From: Candidatus Eiseniibacteriota bacterium
GTDB taxonomy: Bacteria; Eisenbacteria; RBG-16-71-46
NCBI GenBank assembly: GCA_963707915.1
Contig: OY970178.1
Span: 2,848,001 to 2,912,000, forward strand
DNA: 64,000 nucleotides
Reading direction: 5' to 3'
Shown here: one piece after another, positions 34,876 to 45,862 of the stretch
Position numbering within the stretch: position 1 is the first letter of the stretch
Layout: each line of letters opens with the position of its first letter
Position numbers and translations under genes: made by a program
Notes under the pieces: model-generated
Told to the model about the DNA's origin: nothing
What the model saw: the letters and a program-made list of their open reading frames with translations, nothing else
Databases searched by the model: none

Positions 34876-36414
34876 TCAGCGCGGGCACACGTCGCCCTGG
34901 ATGAGCGTGCGCTCGCACGTGATGTCGTGCCCGTACGGGATGCAGAACTCGCTGCAGGCGGTGCCGACACATCGCCTCTCCCCCAGACCCACGCACCGGT
35001 AGGCGTCCGACGAGTCGTCCCGCTCGTCGTAGCGACAGTCCGTGATCCACGTGCAGGTCGTCCGGTCGTACCGGATCAGGTCCACGTTCAGGCACCGGGT
35101 CGTCGTTCCGTCGATCGTGGTCATGTACCCGGCGTACCCGGAGCCGCACAGGCCCAGCTCCTCGTACACGGGATGGCAGTTGTCCGGGGTGATCGCGCAT
35201 GGCTGCCGGGTGCCGTTGGGCACCGGCCCCTCCCGGATCAGCAACAGGTCGGTCAGGGACGAGAAGATGACGGACGTGCGAACCACCGATGGATTGCCGT
35301 TCTCCCAGGCACTGTTCGGATCGATGGACTCCCACTTGTCCGGGTAGCTCCCGGCCTGGTCGCCGGTCAGTTGGTGCTGGAAGAGGAACTGCAGAGTCCG
35401 GGTCGCGGCATCGTCCTTCCCGATCGCATGAAGCGCGCTGGCGAACCCGGGGGGATCCGACATCCAGCCCCGCGAGCTCGGCCCGCCGGGATTGCTGTCG
35501 TACACGCCGTTCTCGTCCTCGTAGCTGATGCTGCCGTCCGCGGAGATGCGCCGTTCGAGGAAGTCCGTCGCCGGGATGATGGCCGGTTCGATGTCCGGGT
35601 TCGCGGGGTCGGCGCGCCGGCAGACGATCATCTCGTTCACCAGCCAGGCGGTGTAGCTCGCGTTCTCCCCGAACTCCTTGCCGCCCTGATGCGGAAAGGC
35701 GCCGTCCGGGAACTGCAGGTTGCTCGTGTTCCGGGTGATCGATCTCGCCTTCGCGAGGTAGGCGGGGTTCCCGGTGAGCGCGTAGGCCGCTCCCAGCGCC
35801 ATCGCGGCCATGTACCCGGTGTTCATGTTGTCCTGGTAGTCCAGGCAGGCGTCGGCGATCTTCATCCCCCACGCCCGGTACGACTCGTCCCCCGTCTCCG
35901 CGAACGCGCGAAGCATGGTCCAGCCGACGTGGCCGTCGTAGCTCGCGTGTCGCAATGTCGCCTCGCCCTGGGCGATGATGTGGTCGAGCCGCAATCGCGC
36001 CTCCTGGAGGAAGAGCGGGTCGTTCGTCAACTGGTGCAGGTTCAGGTAGCCGATCGCCTGGCTGTTGATCAGGAGCCTCACCAGCTCCGGGTAGGGCGTC
36101 AGGGACGCCTCGCGCGGATCCGGCGTGTACGGCATGCCGAGCCGGTGGTTCCGAAGATAGGCCTCGGTCTTCATGATCTCGTCCAGCACCGTGCATCGGT
36201 AGTAGCCTTCGTCGCAATCGGCAGGCTGGACCGGTTGCGGCCGCAGCGGCGGCCGGACGGGGACGGGTGCTCCGTCCGCCGCCGGTGCGGTGGGGGTGAG
36301 CCGCGCGGGCCGCGCAGCGGCGGCGGCGATCCCCGTCCCGGCAAGCCACGCGACGAGTGTCAGTACGACGACGCGTGCGGATCGACCGAGCAGGACCCCA
36401 GACGACCGGAACAC
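34876..36414 (-). CDS. Secreted hypothetical protein: alpha/alpha-toroid-like core plus Cys-rich C-terminal domain
   Basis: Hydrophobic N-terminus; helical repeats (LTNDPLFL, TGDESYR, TGNPAYL, QFPDGAF); 12 Cys in the last ~110 aa. Confidence 0.55.
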   Translation of the reverse strand: MFRSSGVLLGRSARVVVLTLVAWLAGTGIAAAAARPARLTPTAPAADGAPVPVRPPLRPQPVQPADCDEGYYRCTVLDEIMKTEAYLRNHRLGMPYTPDPREASLTPYPELVRLLINSQAIGYLNLHQLTNDPLFLQEARLRLDHIIAQGEATLRHASYDGHVGWTMLRAFAETGDESYRAWGMKIADACLDYQDNMNTGYMAAMALGAAYALTGNPAYLAKARSITRNTSNLQFPDGAFPHQGGKEFGENASYTAWLVNEMIVCRRADPANPDIEPAIIPATDFLERRISADGSISYEDENGVYDSNPGGPSSRGWMSDPPGFASALHAIGKDDAATRTLQFLFQHQLTGDQAGSYPDKWESIDPNSAWENGNPSVVRTSVIFSSLTDLLLIREGPVPNGTRQPCAITPDNCHPVYEELGLCGSGYAGYMTTIDGTTTRCLNVDLIRYDRTTCTWITDCRYDERDDSSDAYRCVGLGERRCVGTACSEFCIPYGHDITCERTLIQGDVCPR

Positions 36415-36427
36415 GCTCGCGGCTCCC

Positions 36428-39400
36428 TCAGTTCCGCTCGCGGCCCGGGGGCTCGGGGGGCTCGAGGAAGGTCTCCACGCGCCAGCCGGCGGTCTCGGCG
36501 GCGCGGAGGCGCTCGCCGAGCGAGCGCTCGAGCGTGCGCGCGGCCTCGAGGTCGGGCCTGGGGGCCGCGGCGATCGCGAGCAGTGCGCGCAGGGCCATCC
36601 ACCAGACCATGCGCTCGAAGGGCTCCTTGCGGAAGTAGTGCGCGCCCTCGTGCTCGTGCTTGTCGATCAGCCAGGCGACGTCCGGGTCGGCGAGCCAGGC
36701 GTACGCGGCCGCCGGCCGTGCGGCCGGCGCGGTGGCCCCCGGCGCCCACACGGCGTGCGCGAACGCCGCACGTACGCGCGCGGCGGCGCGCCAGCGCTGC
36801 TCACCCTCGAGGCCCAGCACGGCGAACGCGTCGGCCATCGGCTCGCGCAGGCGCAGCGACTCGAACAACCGCGCCGCGGCGGGCTCGGGGGCGGCCGGGT
36901 CGCAGGCGCGTCCCAGCGCCTCGAGCCCGCACCAGGCCAGCAGCGTGCCCCAGATTCCGGCCGCGTGGGCGCGGTCGCCGCCCGCCGTGGGGAGCACCGC
37001 GCACGCCTCGTCCGGCCAGGGCGCGGCGAAACGGGCCTCGAGCGCGGGCAGGCGGAGGGCCGCCTCGAGCCGCCGTCGCAGCAGACCCGACGCCGCGTGC
37101 GTGTCGCCCGCCCAGGGGTGCGGGGGCGCCGGGCCGGGGCCGGCCTCGCCGGCGGCGTAGCGTCGCGCCGCTTCGACGAGCGTGGTCGCGTGCCGCTCGG
37201 CCTGGTCGAGCAGGGCGCTGCAGCGCGTGGCGCGCTCGGGCGTGTCGGCGGCCGGCGCCGCCTCGGCGAGCGCGGCGACGGCGACCGGGTCGAGCAGCGC
37301 GCGCAGCGCCTCGTGCACCGGCCGCAACTCCAGCTCGTGCAGGGCCTCGTCGAGGCTGGGCACGCCGCGCCCGGCCAGCTCGCCGCAGAGCCGCGCCCAG
37401 GGCCGCGCGCCGTCGTCGCGCACGTCCTGCCAGTCGAGCAGGACGTGGCACTGGTAGCCGCCCAGCTCCGCGTAGAAGCCCTTCTCGACCAGCTCCTGCT
37501 GGCTGCGCAGGTACTCGAGCCCGGTCGAGGCCTCGCGGTAGCGCGCGAACCACGCCGGGTCGGCGTGGAAGCCGAAGGCCTCGCCGAGCGAGCGCCGGTG
37601 CAGCGCGGGGCCGGAGCCGTCCTTCACCGCGTAGCCGCACGACAGCCGGATCCAGCCGCGGGCGCCGGCGTGGCGGTTGCAGTAGAGCACCAGTGCGCGC
37701 TCGGGTCCGTGGCGGTTCGAGTACGCGAACACGTCCTCGTTGACCCAGCCCTCGTCGGTGAAGAAGTCGTAGAGCAGGAAGTCGCGCACCTCGGCGAACA
37801 GCGCGCGCCGGTGGAGCAGCGGGCTGATCTCGCGCTCGTGGCGCGCCACCAGCCACGGGTCGGGAGTCTCGTCGTGGTAGGCGCGGCGGTACTCCATGCC
37901 GTACTTCTCGGCGTAGCCCTCGACCTGCCCGTGGCCGAACATCGGCAGCCCGGGCAGCGTGGCCATCAGCGTGCAGATGCCGAAGTACTTGTCGCCCTTG
38001 CCGAACTGCTCGACCGCGGTGCGCTCGTCGGGGTTGTTCATGAAGTTGACGTAGCGCTTGAGCACGTCGGGGTCGAACTCGAGCGTGTTCTTGATCACGC
38101 TGCGGTAGTTCGCGTTCTCCTCGTCGCGCAGCATGTTCATGAAGGCGCTGTTGTAGACGCGGTGCATGCCCAGGGTGCGGACGAAGTAGCCCTCCATGAG
38201 CCAGAAGGCCTCGGCCAGCAGCAGCGTGTCCGGGGCCTCGGCGGCCACGCGGTCCACCACCTCGCGCCAGAACTCCTGCGGGATGGCCTCGTCGAACTCC
38301 GCCTGGGTGAGCCCCCGGCCGGCGCGCGAGGGGATGGCCCCGCCGGTGCCCGGCTCGGGGAACCAGAGGCGCTGGTAGTGGCGCTTGGCCAGCGTCATGG
38401 CCGCGTCGAAGCGGATGACGGGGAAGCGGCGCGCCACCGCCAGGATGGTCCGGATGACGGCCTCGCGCACGTCGGCGCGGCGGTAGTCGAGCTGGGCGGT
38501 GTCGTTCCACGGCATCGAGGTGCCGTCGTTGCCGTGGTAGATGTAGCGCGCGTCGCCGCTCCAGCGGTCGATGCGCTTGAAGACCACCGCCGCGTCGCTG
38601 CGGTCGTAGTAGTGGTCCTCGATGAAGATGCCGACCCGGCCGTCGTTCGACAGGTCCGGGCCGTCGAAGCGGTAGGCCGGGTAGGGACTGTGGTCGAGCT
38701 GGACGAACCAGTCGGGGTGCTCGATCACCCAGCGCGAGTCGATCCCCATGTGGTTCGGCACCATGTCGCTGGCCAGCCGCAGCCCGCGCGCCCGCGCCCG
38801 CTCGCGCAGGGTCTCGAGCGCGGCCTCGCCGCCGAGGTCGTCGGCGATGACGTAGTCGAGCAGCGAGTAGGCCGAGGCCACCGCCTCGGGGTTGCCGCAC
38901 GCCTGCTTGATGCGCTGCGAGGCCCGGCTCCGCTCCCACACGCCGATGAGCCACAGCGACGTGAAGCCGCGGCGCGCGATGCGTGTCCAGCTCCTCGTCG
39001 GGGATCTGGTCGAGCCGCGTGATCGCCCGGCCGTGACGGCGCGAGAGCTGGTCGAGCCAGACGTAGACGGTCTTGGCGAGCAGCACCACGCGCGGCATCC
39101 AGTCGAGGTCGCGGCTGAAGCGCTCGTACTCGTGCTCGTGCCCGCGGAAGCTCGGGATGGCGCCGGCGCTCGAGTCGCCGAGCGGGGGCGGCCACGCCCC
39201 GGCCGGCACGGGCGGGTGGAAGCGCAGCCACACCGCCCGCTCTTCCTCCTTGAGCAGGTCGAGCCCGGTGAGCAGCCGGAGCAGCGCGTCGCCGAGCAAC
39301 GGGCCCCAGCGCTCGCGGATGAACGCGAGCTGGCCCTCGAGCGAGTCGGGCGACGCCAGCGCGGGCGCGCGCAGCATGTCCACCAGGTTCTGCTCCTCGG

Positions 39401-40001
39401 GGCCGAAGCGCGGGCGCGTCTCGAAGTAGTCGCGCAGCGCCCCGGTGATGCCGGGGTAGGCGGTCGCGGCCGCGAGGGCGGTGTCGTCGAACAGCTCGCG
39501 AAACGGCTTGAAGGCCAGGTTCAGGTTCGCGAGCCACAGCATCATCAATTCCTCGAGCGCCACGGCGCGGTGCGGCACGTTGCCGCTCAGGCCGTTCAGC
39601 CAGGAGGCCGCGGAGAGGACGCCGCGGTAGACGGTCACGGTGGGGAAGCGGTCGGCGAACTCGAGCAGGGCGCGGTCCAGCGCCGCACGCCCGAGCCGGG
39701 CCTCGAACCACGCGAGCGCGTCGGTCATGGCGCGCGGGTCGCGCTGCTCGCGGTAGGCGGCCACCACGAGGTGCAGCACCTCGTCGATGAGCCCCATGGC
39801 GTTGAGTGCGCCGGGGACCACCGCGCGTTCCGGGTGCGTCCCGGTCTCGCGCACGGCGTTCATGCGGTGGGCGAACGCGCGGCTCGCCTCGAGGTCGGCG
39901 AAGACGACGTTGCCGGTGACGCTGAAGAGCGTGTCGTCGAACCCGTAGAGGTCGCGCGCGGCGCGCGACACGTGAAACTCGAAGGTGGGCCGGTCGCTCA
40001 T
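36428..40001 (-). CDS. Large GH13 alpha-amylase-family protein; frameshift near 38980
   Basis: Upstream frame ends IPDEELDT and continues RRGFTSLWLIGVWERS in the next frame. DMVPNH, RFDAAM (nucleophile), LLAEAF (acid/base) and NNPDE are present. Confidence 0.88.
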
Positions 40002-40069
40002 GAGGCCCGCAGCATAGCAGGGTGGGGGCCGTGACGCAGGCGGTCCCGCCGCCGCTGCCCGGACGCCGC

Positions 40070-41005
40070 TCAGGCGGAATGCGTGCGCAGCCAGTCGACG
40101 GTGCGGCGGAGGCCCTCCTCGAGCCCGATCTTCGGTTCGTAGCCCAGCAAGCGGGCGGCCTTCGAGATGTCGGCGAGCGAATGCTTCACGTCGCCCGTCC
40201 GCGTCGTCTCGTAGACCGGCGTGACCTCGTGTCCCACCAGCCGGCCGATCTGCTTCGCCAGCTGGTTGAGCGTCACGCGCTGCCCGCACGCGATGTTGAT
40301 CGTCTCGCCCGAGGCGCCCGGGGCGGTGCACGCGAGCAGGTTCGCCGAGACGACGTTCTCGACATAGGTGAAGTCGCGCGACTGTTCGCCGTCACCGTAG
40401 ATCACCGGGGTCTTGCCGGCGAGCATCGCGCCGATGAACTTCGGGATCACCGCGGAGTACTGCGACATCGGGTCCTGCCGCGGGCCGAACACGTTGAAGT
40501 AGCGCAGCGACACGGTCTCGAGGTGGTAGACCTGGTGGAACACGCGGCAGTACAGCTCGCCGGCGAACTTGTTCACCGCGTACGGCGACAGGGGCAGGGC
40601 GACCATGGTCTCGACCTTGGGCAGCACCTCGGTGTTGCCATAGGCCGAGGACGACGCGCTGTAGACCACGCGTTTCACCCCGGCGTCGCGCGCGGCGATC
40701 AGCACGTTCAGGGTGCCGCTGACGTTGACGTCGTTGCTCTCGATCGGCGTGCGGATCGAACGCGGGACCGACGGCAGCGCGGCGAGGTGGATGACGTAGT
40801 CGGCCCCCTTCACCGCCTCCTGCACGACGTTCAGGTAGCGGATGTCGCCCTCGATCAACTCGACGCCCTGGTCCAGCGGAAAGAGATGGTGACGCTTGCC
40901 GGTCGAGAAGTTGTCGAGCACGCGCACGGTCTCGCCCCGTTCGAGCAGGCGCGCGACGGTGTTCGAACCGATGAAGCCGGCCCCACCCGTGACGAGGTAG
41001 ATCAT
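40070..41005 (-). CDS. NAD-dependent nucleotide-sugar epimerase/dehydratase (WbpP-like SDR)
   Basis: TGGAGFIGS, AALPSVPRS, YAVNK, RYFNVFGPRQ and RDFTYV motifs. Confidence 0.92.
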   Translation of the reverse strand: MIYLVTGGAGFIGSNTVARLLERGETVRVLDNFSTGKRHHLFPLDQGVELIEGDIRYLNVVQEAVKGADYVIHLAALPSVPRSIRTPIESNDVNVSGTLNVLIAARDAGVKRVVYSASSSAYGNTEVLPKVETMVALPLSPYAVNKFAGELYCRVFHQVYHLETVSLRYFNVFGPRQDPMSQYSAVIPKFIGAMLAGKTPVIYGDGEQSRDFTYVENVVSANLLACTAPGASGETINIACGQRVTLNQLAKQIGRLVGHEVTPVYETTRTGDVKHSLADISKAARLLGYEPKIGLEEGLRRTVDWLRTHSA

Positions 41006-41132
41006 CGTAGTGTCATCCCCTGAGGTTCGGTGCCCCTGCGTTCAGCGGTCCGGCGCATCCGCGCGGGCCGCGCATCCTTGAGTCTTCGGCAGCCGGCCGG
41101 CCTCCCTTGACCGGCTCGTGTCCGGCGGCGAT

Positions 41133-42287
41133 TCAGCCCGCCGGCCGGTGCCCCGCGCTCCGCAACGCGGATCGGTAGAGCGCTTCGGTCTCCCGCACCA
41201 TGTGGTCGGCCGTGAACATCGTCTCCCAGCGCCGCCGCGCCGCCGCGCCCCAGGCCTCGAGTCGGCCGCGGTCCGACAGCGCCGCGACCAGCGCCGCCCC
41301 GAGGGCGTCCGGATCCGAGGCCGGCACGACCAGGCCATTGACGCCTTCGGCGACCGCCTCGGCGTTGCCGCCGACGTCGGTGACCACGCAGGCACGCGCG
41401 GCGCGCATCGCCTCGAGGATCGACATCGACAGGCCCTCGCGCACGGACGACAGCGTGTAGAGGTCCGCGGCCGCGAGCAGGTCGCGCACGTCGTCGCGCA
41501 CGCCCAGGAAGCGCACGCGCGGCGCGAGCCCGAGCTCGCGCACCTGCGCTTCGAGCGCGCCGCGCAGGGGCCCGTCGCCCGCGATCAGCAGCCGCGCGCC
41601 GGGCGCCTGGCGCGCGGTCAGGGCGAACGCCTGCACCAGCACGTGCTGCGCCTTGGCCGGGGTCAGGCTGGCGACGGTGAGGATCGCGAGCTCGCCCGCG
41701 GCGAGCCCGAGCGCGGTCCTGGTGGCGTCACGCGTGGCGGCGGGGTCGGCGCCGGCGATGCCGTTCAGCACGGTGACGCAGCGGCCCGAGGCCCATGGCA
41801 GGCGCGCGACCTGGCTCCGGCGGACGGCCTCGCACACCCCGATGACCCGGTGCGTCATCGCGGTGAGCACGGGCTCCAGCAACGCGTCGTACAGCCCCGC
41901 GTGCCGGCCCGGGTGGCGGACGCTGTGTTCGGTGCGCACCACCAGCGGCACGCCCGCGAGCCGGCCGCCGAGCGCCGCATAGAACCCGCCCGAGGGGTTG
42001 TGACCGTTGACCACGTCGATGCGCACCCGCCGCAGGTAGTCCGCGAGCCGGCGGACCGCGCCGGCGCGCCCGCCCTGCTTGCCGAGCACCAGCGGGCGCG
42101 CGCCGAGCCGTTCGGCCTCCTGCATCGCCCAGCCGCCCAGGTTCACCGCGCACAGGTGCGTCTCGACGTCCGGCCCGGCCTGGCGCACGTGCTCCAGCAC
42201 CACCATCTCGGCGCCGCCCAGGTTCATGGCGTTGATGACGTGCATCACGCGCAGGCGCCGCCCGGTGGGGACGGGGGACCCGCTCAT
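41133..42287 (-). CDS. Glycosyltransferase family 4
   Basis: GGAE, TEH, NGI, IAGDGPLR and EGLSMSILEAM...TDVGG motifs; start overlaps the upstream stop. Confidence 0.88.
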   Translation of the reverse strand: MSGSPVPTGRRLRVMHVINAMNLGGAEMVVLEHVRQAGPDVETHLCAVNLGGWAMQEAERLGARPLVLGKQGGRAGAVRRLADYLRRVRIDVVNGHNPSGGFYAALGGRLAGVPLVVRTEHSVRHPGRHAGLYDALLEPVLTAMTHRVIGVCEAVRRSQVARLPWASGRCVTVLNGIAGADPAATRDATRTALGLAAGELAILTVASLTPAKAQHVLVQAFALTARQAPGARLLIAGDGPLRGALEAQVRELGLAPRVRFLGVRDDVRDLLAAADLYTLSSVREGLSMSILEAMRAARACVVTDVGGNAEAVAEGVNGLVVPASDPDALGAALVAALSDRGRLEAWGAAARRRWETMFTADHMVRETEALYRSALRSAGHRPAG

Positions 42288-43294
42288 CGCCGCCCCGCCA
42301 CGCGCGCATAGACCTCGACGATGCGCTCGGCCACGCGCCGGGTGGTGATGTCGGCGACCGCCGCCCGGCCGTTCGAGCGCACCGGATCGCGCAGGATGGC
42401 GGCGATCGCGGCGCCGAGCCGCTCCGGGTCGCGCGCGACGATCGCCCCCGGGCTCACGCCCGCGACCCGTTCGCGCACGTCGCCCACGTCGACCGAGACG
42501 ACCGGCAGGTCGCACGCGAGCGCTTCCTTGATCACGTTGGGCGAGCCCTCGGCGTCGCTGGTGAGCAGCAGGCAGTCCGCGGCGTTCATGTAGGTCGCGA
42601 TCCGCTCCGGATCGACGCCGCCGTGGAGCACCTCCATCCGCGAGCCGGGCACCAGCCGTTCCGCGACGGCGGCCGCGGCCAGGGCGAGGTCGAGGCGCTT
42701 GACCTTCGCGCGGCCGCCGCTGTTGAACAGCACGACCCGGTCCTCCGTCGGCCAGCCCAGCGCCGCGCGGGCGTCGGCCCGGGGCACGGGGTGGAAGACC
42801 GCCGTGTCGACCCCGCTCGGGATCACGACGGCCTCGCCGCGGCGCCGCCACAACACCTCGCGCAGCCGCCGGCTGACGCAGATGATCCCTGCCGCGCGCA
42901 GCGCCGCGACCTGGGACAGCAACACGCCGGTGCGCGACCGCGACCCGGAGACCCCGGCGGAGCCGTTCAGGTCGCTGCCGCGGAACGTGACCACCAGCGG
43001 CGGGCCGCCGGCGAGCGCCGCCACCAGCGCCGTCACCGTACCGTAGTGGGCGTGGACGATGTCGGGGGCCAGCTCCGCGATCGCCCGCCGCAGCCGGCCG
43101 AGCTCGCCGACGATGCCCCGTGGCGAGGTGCGCTCGCCGAGCCAGAAGGTGCGGACGTCGACGCCGAGCTCGGCCACCATCGACATCTGGCGCCGGGCGA
43201 AGATGAAGGACGACCGCTCCTCGGACCCGGGGATGACCGCGAGCACGCGCAGCGGGCGGCTCGCGCCCGGTCGGACGGGGGACGGATGCGTCAT
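42284..43294 (-). CDS. Glycosyltransferase family 4 (TuaC-like)
   Basis: VHAHYG, TFRGSDL, PSGVD and EGSPNVIKEALAC..PVVSVDVGD motifs. Confidence 0.88.
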   Translation of the reverse strand: MTHPSPVRPGASRPLRVLAVIPGSEERSSFIFARRQMSMVAELGVDVRTFWLGERTSPRGIVGELGRLRRAIAELAPDIVHAHYGTVTALVAALAGGPPLVVTFRGSDLNGSAGVSGSRSRTGVLLSQVAALRAAGIICVSRRLREVLWRRRGEAVVIPSGVDTAVFHPVPRADARAALGWPTEDRVVLFNSGGRAKVKRLDLALAAAAVAERLVPGSRMEVLHGGVDPERIATYMNAADCLLLTSDAEGSPNVIKEALACDLPVVSVDVGDVRERVAGVSPGAIVARDPERLGAAIAAILRDPVRSNGRAAVADITTRRVAERIVEVYARVAGRR

Positions 43295-43573
43295 CGGAGC
43301 GGCGACCCGGCTGGGCGGAACGTGACCATCCGGGCGAGGGTAGCATCCCCGGGGCGGAACCGGGAATGCTCCCCGCGGCGCGTGGGGCCGCGACACCATC
43401 CCGTCCGCCCCCGGTGCGACGTGGAGGTGTCCTCCCCGTGGGATCCCTCACGATGCGCCGGAAGGAAGCCCCGCGGGCCGGACCGGCCCGGGCGGTGGCT
43501 TGCCCGCCGGCGCGCCGAAGTGCTACACGGAGGCGTCCGCGAGACCCGTCCTTCCGTCCCGGTGGCCGACCTC

Positions 43574-44860
43574 ATGTCCGAAGCCCGACCCAGCACCCGC
43601 AGTCCCTGGGCGTGGATCCCCTCGCTCTACGTGGCCGAGGGGCTCCCCTACGTGGTGGCGATGACGGTCTCGGTCATCATGTACAAGCGCTTCGGGATCT
43701 CGAACACCGACATCGCCCTCTACACCAGCTGGCTCTATCTCCCGTGGGTGATCAAGCCGCTCTGGTCGCCGGTCGTGGACCTGCTGGGCACGCGCCGCCG
43801 CTGGATCTGGGCGATGCAGCTGCTGATCGGCGCGGCCCTCGCGGGCGTGGCCCTGGCCGTCCCCGTGCCGCAGATGTTCCGCTGGACGCTCGCGCTGTTC
43901 TGGCTGCTGGCGTTCGACTCCGCCACGCACGACATCGCGGCGGACGGTTTCTACATGCTGGCGACGACCGAGAAGGAGCAGGCCTTCTTCGTCGGCATCC
44001 GCAGCATGTTCTACCGGGTGGCCACGATCGCGGGGCAGGGACTGCTGGTGATGCTGGCGGGCACGATCGAGAGCCGCACCGGGAACCTGCGGCTGGCCTG
44101 GTCGGCGGCGATGGGCGGACTGGCGGTCCTGTTCCTGCTGTTCGGGCTGTGGCACCGCCTGGTCCTGCCGCGCCCGGCGGTGGACCGGCCGGGCGACGCG
44201 CGCCGCATCCCCGAGTTCGTGAAGGAGTTCCTGGCCACCTTTGGCGCGTTCTTCCGCAAGCCGCGCATCGGGGTGCTGATGCTGTTCCTGCTGCTCTACC
44301 GGTTCGGCGAGGCGCAGCTCGTGAAGATGGTGTCGCCGTTCCTGCTCGACGCGCGCGCCGAGGGCGGGCTGGGACTGACCACCACGCAGGTCGGCTTCGT
44401 CTACGGCACGGTGGGCATCATCGCGCTGACCGCGGGCGGGATCCTCGGCGGCTGGGCGGTGTCGAAGCACGGGCTGAGATCGTGGCTGTGGCCGATGTTG
44501 CTGGCGATCCACCTGCCGGACGCGATGTTCATCTACCTCTCCTACGCCCAGCCGACCAGCCTCCCGGTCATCCAGCTCTGCGTGGCGGTCGAGCAGTTCG
44601 GCTACGGTTTCGGCTTCGCGGCCTACCTGCTCTACATGATCCACATCGCCCGCGGCGAGCACTCGACCGCGCACTACGCCATCTGCACCGGCTTCATGGC
44701 GCTGGGCATGATGGTCCCCGGCATGTGGAGCGGCTGGCTCCAGGAGCTCGTCGGCTACCGGCACTTCTTCGTGTGGGTGATCCTGGCGACCGTGCCGAGC
44801 TTCCTGGTGGTGCTGTGGATCCCGCTCGAGGCCGACTTCGGGAGGAAGGCGGCCGCGTGA
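43574..44860 (+). CDS. AmpG-like MFS transporter
   Basis: LYVAEGLP, PWVIKPLWSP, SATHDIAADG and TAHYAICTG motifs. Confidence 0.85.
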   Translation: MSEARPSTRSPWAWIPSLYVAEGLPYVVAMTVSVIMYKRFGISNTDIALYTSWLYLPWVIKPLWSPVVDLLGTRRRWIWAMQLLIGAALAGVALAVPVPQMFRWTLALFWLLAFDSATHDIAADGFYMLATTEKEQAFFVGIRSMFYRVATIAGQGLLVMLAGTIESRTGNLRLAWSAAMGGLAVLFLLFGLWHRLVLPRPAVDRPGDARRIPEFVKEFLATFGAFFRKPRIGVLMLFLLLYRFGEAQLVKMVSPFLLDARAEGGLGLTTTQVGFVYGTVGIIALTAGGILGGWAVSKHGLRSWLWPMLLAIHLPDAMFIYLSYAQPTSLPVIQLCVAVEQFGYGFGFAAYLLYMIHIARGEHSTAHYAICTGFMALGMMVPGMWSGWLQELVGYRHFFVWVILATVPSFLVVLWIPLEADFGRKAAA

Positions 44861-44882
44861 GCGCGGCGCGTGCCGGGCCCGG

Positions 44883-45686
44883 CTACCGCCCGGCCGCCGC
44901 GGTCCGGCCCGGCCGCGGCTCGAAGAGCGGGGAGCGTGCCAGCCCGAGCCGGTGCAGCGTCCACTGCGCCAGCACGCCCAGCGTCCCCAGCCCGTAGGTC
45001 ACGCTGCGGGCGAAGCTGATGCTGCTCGCCTCCTTCATGTAGCGCACCGGGACGGGGATGTCCCCGATGCGGAACCCGAAGTGGACGGCCTGCACCAGGA
45101 ACTGGCTGTCGAACACGAAGTCGTCGCTGTTGCCCTGCCACGGGATGGTCTCCAGCACCTGCCGGCGGTACGCGCGCATCCCGGAGTGGCACTCGCCCAG
45201 GTTCTGTCCCATCCACAGGTTCTCGACGATCGTCAGGATGCGGTTGGCGAAGTACTTGTACGCCGGCATCCCGCCGGCGCGTGCCTCGCGCCGCGTGCGG
45301 ATGCGGTTGCCGAGCACGACGTCGCAGTGCCCGTTGCGCAGCAGCCCCACGAGGTGCGGCACCAGCCGGGAATCGTACTGGTAGTCGGGGTGGATCATGA
45401 CGACGACGTCGGCGTCCCGCGCCAGCGCCTCGCGGTAGCAGGTCTTCTGGTTGCCGCCGTAGCCGAGGTTGCGCTCGTGCTGGATCACCGTGAGCCCGAG
45501 GCGGCGCGCCGTGGCCACGGTGTCGTCCCGGCTGCAGTCGTCGACCAGGATGATCTCGTCGATGCAGCCCGGGGGGATGTCCATCACGGTCCGCTCGAGC
45601 GTGGTCTGGGCGTTGTAGGCGGGCATGACGACGATCGCCCGCCCGGAGGCGCCCCTGCCAGCATCCGCTTCGTGTGCCGTCGCCAT
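44883..45686 (-). CDS. Glycosyltransferase family 2 (DPM1-like)
   Basis: [23 protein letters not shown] and HPDYQY motifs; start set at the ATG 6 nt after TACAGT. Confidence 0.88.
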   Translation of the reverse strand: MATAHEADAGRGASGRAIVVMPAYNAQTTLERTVMDIPPGCIDEIILVDDCSRDDTVATARRLGLTVIQHERNLGYGGNQKTCYREALARDADVVVMIHPDYQYDSRLVPHLVGLLRNGHCDVVLGNRIRTRREARAGGMPAYKYFANRILTIVENLWMGQNLGECHSGMRAYRRQVLETIPWQGNSDDFVFDSQFLVQAVHFGFRIGDIPVPVRYMKEASSISFARSVTYGLGTLGVLAQWTLHRLGLARSPLFEPRPGRTAAAGR

Positions 45687-45862
45687 CGCACGACTGTACC
45701 CCATCGTCCTCGTGACGCTCTACCCCGGCGGCCCGTCCGCGCGGGCCCGGTGACGGGCCGTGCCCTGCGCGGTGGCCGCGCGCGGGGCTTCCGGCGGGCG
45801 CCTGCGCAGGAGTACAATCGTCGCGCGAACCCCGCATCCGCCACCCCGCCTGGAGGCAACCC

